Shown: piece after piece, positions 60,261 to 64,000 of the stretch
Layout: each line of letters opens with the position of its first letter
Position numbering within the stretch: position 1 is the stretch's first letter
NCBI GenBank assembly: GCA_965208835.1
Contig: OZ242358.1
Coordinates: 3,328,001 to 3,392,000 of the forward strand
Direction: 5' to 3'
DNA: 64,000 nucleotides
Origin: Candidatus Latescibacterota bacterium
GTDB lineage: Bacteria; Latescibacterota; UBA2968; GCA-2709665
Notes under the pieces: model-generated
Database searches by the model: none
What the model was told of the DNA's origin: nothing
Seen by the model: only the letters and a program-made list of their open reading frames with translations
Position numbers and translations under genes: made by a program

Positions 60261-60374
60261 AACTACGGTATTACCGAACAGTTACGGAAATGGGTACCTG
60301 ATCCGAAGATCTGCGAACGATCGGGAACATTCCACACTGAAGCTTGTAGCCCGAGCATGTTCAGGAATGCTTCC
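60261..60374. repeat. 114-bp direct repeat, copy 2
   Basis: Matches 58773-58886. Confidence 0.9.
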
Positions 60375-60594
60375 CATTCTATATCATCCGAACAAGCAGC
60401 GATGTTCCTGACTCTTGTAGACTGTGGATTATCCGCTTCAAAATTGAAACTTCCGTACTCATTTCCGAAATATCTGACATCTCTGGCGCTGTAAATTCGA
60501 CTACAAACTGTCGTCCCTAAGCCTCAATAGACAGTATTCTTAGAGTGGCCGAAACACAAAGCACCCACAATCGGAACTCTGTCTTCCTTCGGAA

Positions 60595-61551
60595 CTAACC
60601 AGATACGACTCGATAGGTCGAGTCGAAATGACTGCTGCATCTTCCGTGTTTCAATGACTGTTCAAAGATTCTATGAAACGCTCCTCGAATACATCTTGAC
60701 CGCTCGTTTTCCGTTTCAGCGTTGCCCCACCTGAACTCAATGGATATGCTTGGATCCAAATTGGCTTTGTACCTATGAATTGCGTCAACAGTATTCTCAT
60801 GACCATTCTCCTGGACGTATTTCAAACAACCGTGGAAATCCAGGACATCGCGCATTCCTGAGCCTCCAGGTTCTTGATTGAGTTCTACCAGTGTTTGCGC
60901 GGAAACGCTGCCTCTCGTGGCTCCGGTATCGTTGTTTATGAAGTCAGCGAATTCCTCCAATTTTTGAGATGACCAACCTCTTGAAAAATGTGGCACACTG
61001 ATGATTTCATGACAATTGCCCTGTATTGCGACCGTTTCTATCGCAAAATTACCGAACTCTTGAACTTCACGAGAAAAGTAATCCGCAGAATCCTTCCCGT
61101 GGGTAATGATTAAAGTGGGCTTGATTTCAGTCAGAAGGAAATGGAAGACTTCCGTAACCTTTTCTTCGATCTGAAGGTCGGTGTAATGTTCGGTGGGTAC
61201 CGAGTAGATATTCGTCTCCAATATTACATAATCTCCGACTAAATCAGCAAGTTTGTTCAAATTGCGTCGAGTAGCACCAACACTGAGACGTCTCTTTTTC
61301 CCTGGTCTTGGCGGTCGATTCTTTCTTTCATTCCTGTAAGCTTCAAACCAGGAGACTTTGTCAAATCCTGAACAGTCACTCCAATACCTCCAGAAGCCGT
61401 TCTCCATCACGGTGGCTGGATTTAGACCTACAACGAAAATCTTGCAATCGTAGGGTGAGCCCTGACACACAAAGGGTCTACAATTCTCAGGTAGAATCGC
61501 GCTAAGCTTTCTCCGAAATTCAGCATGCTTAGTCATTTGAGATGCCGCCAC
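60595..61551 (-). CDS. Uracil-DNA-glycosylase-superfamily protein with a C-terminal extension
   Basis: VVGLNPA, ETNI, PTLIITHG, PHFS; AT-rich. Confidence 0.65.
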   Translation of the reverse strand: MAASQMTKHAEFRRKLSAILPENCRPFVCQGSPYDCKIFVVGLNPATVMENGFWRYWSDCSGFDKVSWFEAYRNERKNRPPRPGKKRRLSVGATRRNLNKLADLVGDYVILETNIYSVPTEHYTDLQIEEKVTEVFHFLLTEIKPTLIITHGKDSADYFSREVQEFGNFAIETVAIQGNCHEIISVPHFSRGWSSQKLEEFADFINNDTGATRGSVSAQTLVELNQEPGGSGMRDVLDFHGCLKYVQENGHENTVDAIHRYKANLDPSISIEFRWGNAETENERSRCIRGAFHRIFEQSLKHGRCSSHFDSTYRVVSG

Positions 61552-61648
61552 CTATTTCCTCGCATTTTGATTTGCCAGTTCCGTCCCTCACGCGAATGTA
61601 AGGCGACAAGCTCAGGATAAACTCCGCGACGCAGCGCAAGTGGGCGCG

Positions 61649-62557
61649 TTACCCGCCGTTTCTCTCAAGCTTGCTTGCAAGAGCTTCAAGCTCATTACTG
61701 GCATCGTACAGCGAATGTGGGTGGCCAGATCGTTTTCCCGTGATGAGCTTACTTTTCAAGAGCCTTGAGTGCAAATCATCACAGATGAAATCCACGAGGG
61801 CCTCCTGTTCCCTCCTGCTCTTACTCTTGGTAAGCTCCTCCAGTGCTTCTACAACCTCTCCAGTATCTGGCAACTTTCTAAATTCCGCTGACAGCCACTT
61901 CCAATAAGGAGCATAGTCTTTCGAGAGTAGCAAATACACCGTCATTGTCCGTTCAATTAAGTTGCCCAGGCACGCCGCAATAGCGATTGGGTCCTTTCGC
62001 TTCGCCGTTCTAGAGAAGTTGTACTGTCCATGGTGCCACACTTGGAACGTCTCATCCCTTATCCGGTTGACCCATGCGTCCGTCGGGTAGTACCAGAATG
62101 CCTTCCTGCGAGCTGAAAACTCCCCGAGCGGATCGTGAAAGATCGTCATGTGCCGTAGCATGTATAGATGAACTGCCTTTGTTCGTTTTAGCCATTCCTT
62201 GCCTGACTTTGGCGGCGTGGCGCATCCAATCTCCCGAGAGAACCACCGGTTTATCGAGTCCACAGAGTAGACGTTCGGCGCCGGATGCCAGCGCACACCA
62301 AGCCAGGTTCTGGGAGCATCTGCTTGAATCGAGCGTCGAAGCTTCCTGCCAAAACGTCGCATATCCTCCCCAGTCAGAACAATCTCGAAGCCCGGTCCCC
62401 ACTCGTGGTCTCGAGAAAGCTCGTCATCGTTTCCGAGACTTTGGGAGCGTCCAAACATGAATGCGGCGACGCGTTCGGAGAGCTGCGGAAACTCCGACCG
62501 TAGGTAGGGAAGGCCCCATTGGTTGAAGTACCGGTGAGCAATCTGTAGACCGTTCAA
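61649..62557 (-). CDS. DUF4037-domain protein
   Basis: DDELSRDHEWGPG, FHDPLG, YYP, APYWKW; probable TTG start at 62557. Confidence 0.85.
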   Translation of the reverse strand: MNGLQIAHRYFNQWGLPYLRSEFPQLSERVAAFMFGRSQSLGNDDELSRDHEWGPGFEIVLTGEDMRRFGRKLRRSIQADAPRTWLGVRWHPAPNVYSVDSINRWFSREIGCATPPKSGKEWLKRTKAVHLYMLRHMTIFHDPLGEFSARRKAFWYYPTDAWVNRIRDETFQVWHHGQYNFSRTAKRKDPIAIAACLGNLIERTMTVYLLLSKDYAPYWKWLSAEFRKLPDTGEVVEALEELTKSKSRREQEALVDFICDDLHSRLLKSKLITGKRSGHPHSLYDASNELEALASKLERNGG

Positions 62558-62590
62558 AGCAAGACTCCGGCTATCCTTAGGAGAAATGGC

Positions 62591-62749
62591 GAGTGACGTT
62601 CTCGGGCCTTGCGAACCTTGCGGGCCCGTCAGGGCTGGCGCGCCGGGTGCCGTCATGCTTTCCCAACCAGAGCAACCGGTGTGACAGAGGCAAGGATGCC
62701 GAAGGCCGAGGGAGCGTAAGCGACGGTAGCGCAAGGCCGCGTGTTACAT
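62591..62749 (-). other. Long attC-like site with R' mutated (GTC)
   Basis: Minus strand ATGTAAC-ACGC-GGCCTTGCG...CGCAAGGCC-CGAGAAC-GTCACTC. Confidence 0.65.
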
Positions 62750-62863
62750 GCTGGCGGCGCCCCCTTCACGCCGAAGCCTTTCAGGAGGCAGACGTAAAGT
62801 GCACACCATAAACAATGGCTTGCTGGTTTCGATTCGTTTCTCAGGTAAACTCGCCTCCGCCAT

Positions 62864-63463
62864 TTAGAGAGGGTTCGCTTTAATGAGTTGGAACAGGTCA
62901 CCTTTCCTGATGCGCTCCGATGTCAAGATTTGAATCAACTTTGCCAAAACGTCAGTCCGGTCGAAGCGTTTGAATTCCGGGTAAAGGTCGATGCGCCAAC
63001 GGAGATAGCCCTCCAGTTGTTTCAGATCTGGGAAGATCTGTTTGGCCGTAAGGAACTCTGCCTGTAAGGCGCGGCGATGTGCGTAGGCATGCGAGCGCGA
63101 GGCCAACTTGTGCTGGATTTCCACATGCTCGTGCACTGCACACAAATGCGCGTACTGCCTGTTGAATTCGATCAGGTCTGACGGGACATAAATCGTCCCT
63201 TCCTCGTCGTAGAAGACAAAATCGGGTGTCTCGCCTTCATACCGAAACACCGCATAGGAGAGGGGAATATCAGCCACGACTGCCTGCTCGGTCCGAATGA
63301 CCTTCTGCTTAATCGCGTCGAGCGTCTTCGTAGCTTCAGGATGTGGCAGTCGAAGCAATTGGTTCGCCTCTTGGGTGAGGTTAGCCCAAGCTCTTGGGTT
63401 TTGTACACAATCAGCGGGGGTTGGGTGGCTGGATATCCTCCGCTGCTCGCGTGGAACGTTCAA
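62864..63463 (-). CDS. Hypothetical protein with an HExxE...AH motif
   Basis: AVHEHVE...HAYAHRRALQAE. Confidence 0.7.
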   Translation of the reverse strand: MNVPREQRRISSHPTPADCVQNPRAWANLTQEANQLLRLPHPEATKTLDAIKQKVIRTEQAVVADIPLSYAVFRYEGETPDFVFYDEEGTIYVPSDLIEFNRQYAHLCAVHEHVEIQHKLASRSHAYAHRRALQAEFLTAKQIFPDLKQLEGYLRWRIDLYPEFKRFDRTDVLAKLIQILTSERIRKGDLFQLIKANPL

Positions 63464-63676
63464 GCACCCCCAAACCTGCTGCTAGCGCTGCGCTTGCCCC
63501 TGGCGGTTTTGGTCAAGCAATCGCCGTGACAGCAAAGTACAGGTATCGCGGAGGCGCGGAGGCGCGGAAACGCCGGAGCCGGTGGTGTCGTTGTTAGCCG
63601 CCATTACCGGGGGGTACGCCTCCCCTTGGATTCTCGCTCCCAGCGAGACTATAGCACGCACCCCCACACTCGGAAC

Positions 63677-64000
63677 TCAATCCGCTCTTACCAGAACGCG
63701 GTTCTCAAATCCACCCATCGTGCTTCCACCAACGGTCACCCTTTCCAGTGATCCGCTTCCGTCTGGCTCGAAAATGAGATCGCAGCAACTTGCTTCAATG
63801 GAGAATGCGTTCTGACCCTTTGGGATGAGCTTGGACTTACGTAGCCAGAGATTGTAGACAAAAAGGCTGCCATCCTCCAGCTTGACTTCGTGCTTCGTGG
63901 TGCCATATCTAGGCGCGCCCTCCACGGTCTCATAAGTCCCCACAAACGACCGAAGATAGCTTTCAGGCTTCGGATCATCCCCTTTGAAAGGCACCGATAG
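63677..64000 (-). CDS. C-terminus of a protein running off the right edge (DUF3471-like)
   Basis: LRSFVGTYE...V.LEDGSL...KLIP...NAF pattern. Confidence 0.5.
   Translation of the reverse strand, partial: LSVPFKGDDPKPESYLRSFVGTYETVEGAPRYGTTKHEVKLEDGSLFVYNLWLRKSKLIPKGQNAFSIEASCCDLIFEPDGSGSLERVTVGGSTMGGFENRVLVRAD

Noticed and set aside
1-64000. Biosynthetic gene cluster or prophage
   Set aside because: No scaffold synthase or phage genes; the tailoring-like enzymes are unrelated and separated by cassette debris.

Overview
A 64-kb accessory region of about 60 unrelated, mostly single-domain genes. All but higA (plus a higB remnant) and one methyltransferase lie on the minus strand, and base composition shifts visibly from gene to gene. 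The cargo is dominated by small-molecule-modifying enzymes (7 SAM methyltransferases, 5 APH-like kinases, 5 GNATs, 3-4 nucleotidyltransferase-like proteins), with ankyrin, Kelch and LamG proteins and an ECF sigma-GNAT fusion. The spacers hold five complete or near-complete integron attC-like hairpins and about ten attC left-arm half-sites, all in the gene orientation. This points to a decaying chromosomal integron/CALIN cassette array; no integrase is in the window. Most striking, the spacers are a palimpsest of 5' and 3' stumps of other cassette genes, several with intact relatives in the same window. In one case an ankyrin gene and its structured leader sit inside a sulfotransferase, so new genes appear to overwrite old cassettes. 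Three MITE families (eight copies) with 4-bp YTAR duplications are inserted into stop codons and attC cores. All calls come from reading motifs by eye; no database searches were run.
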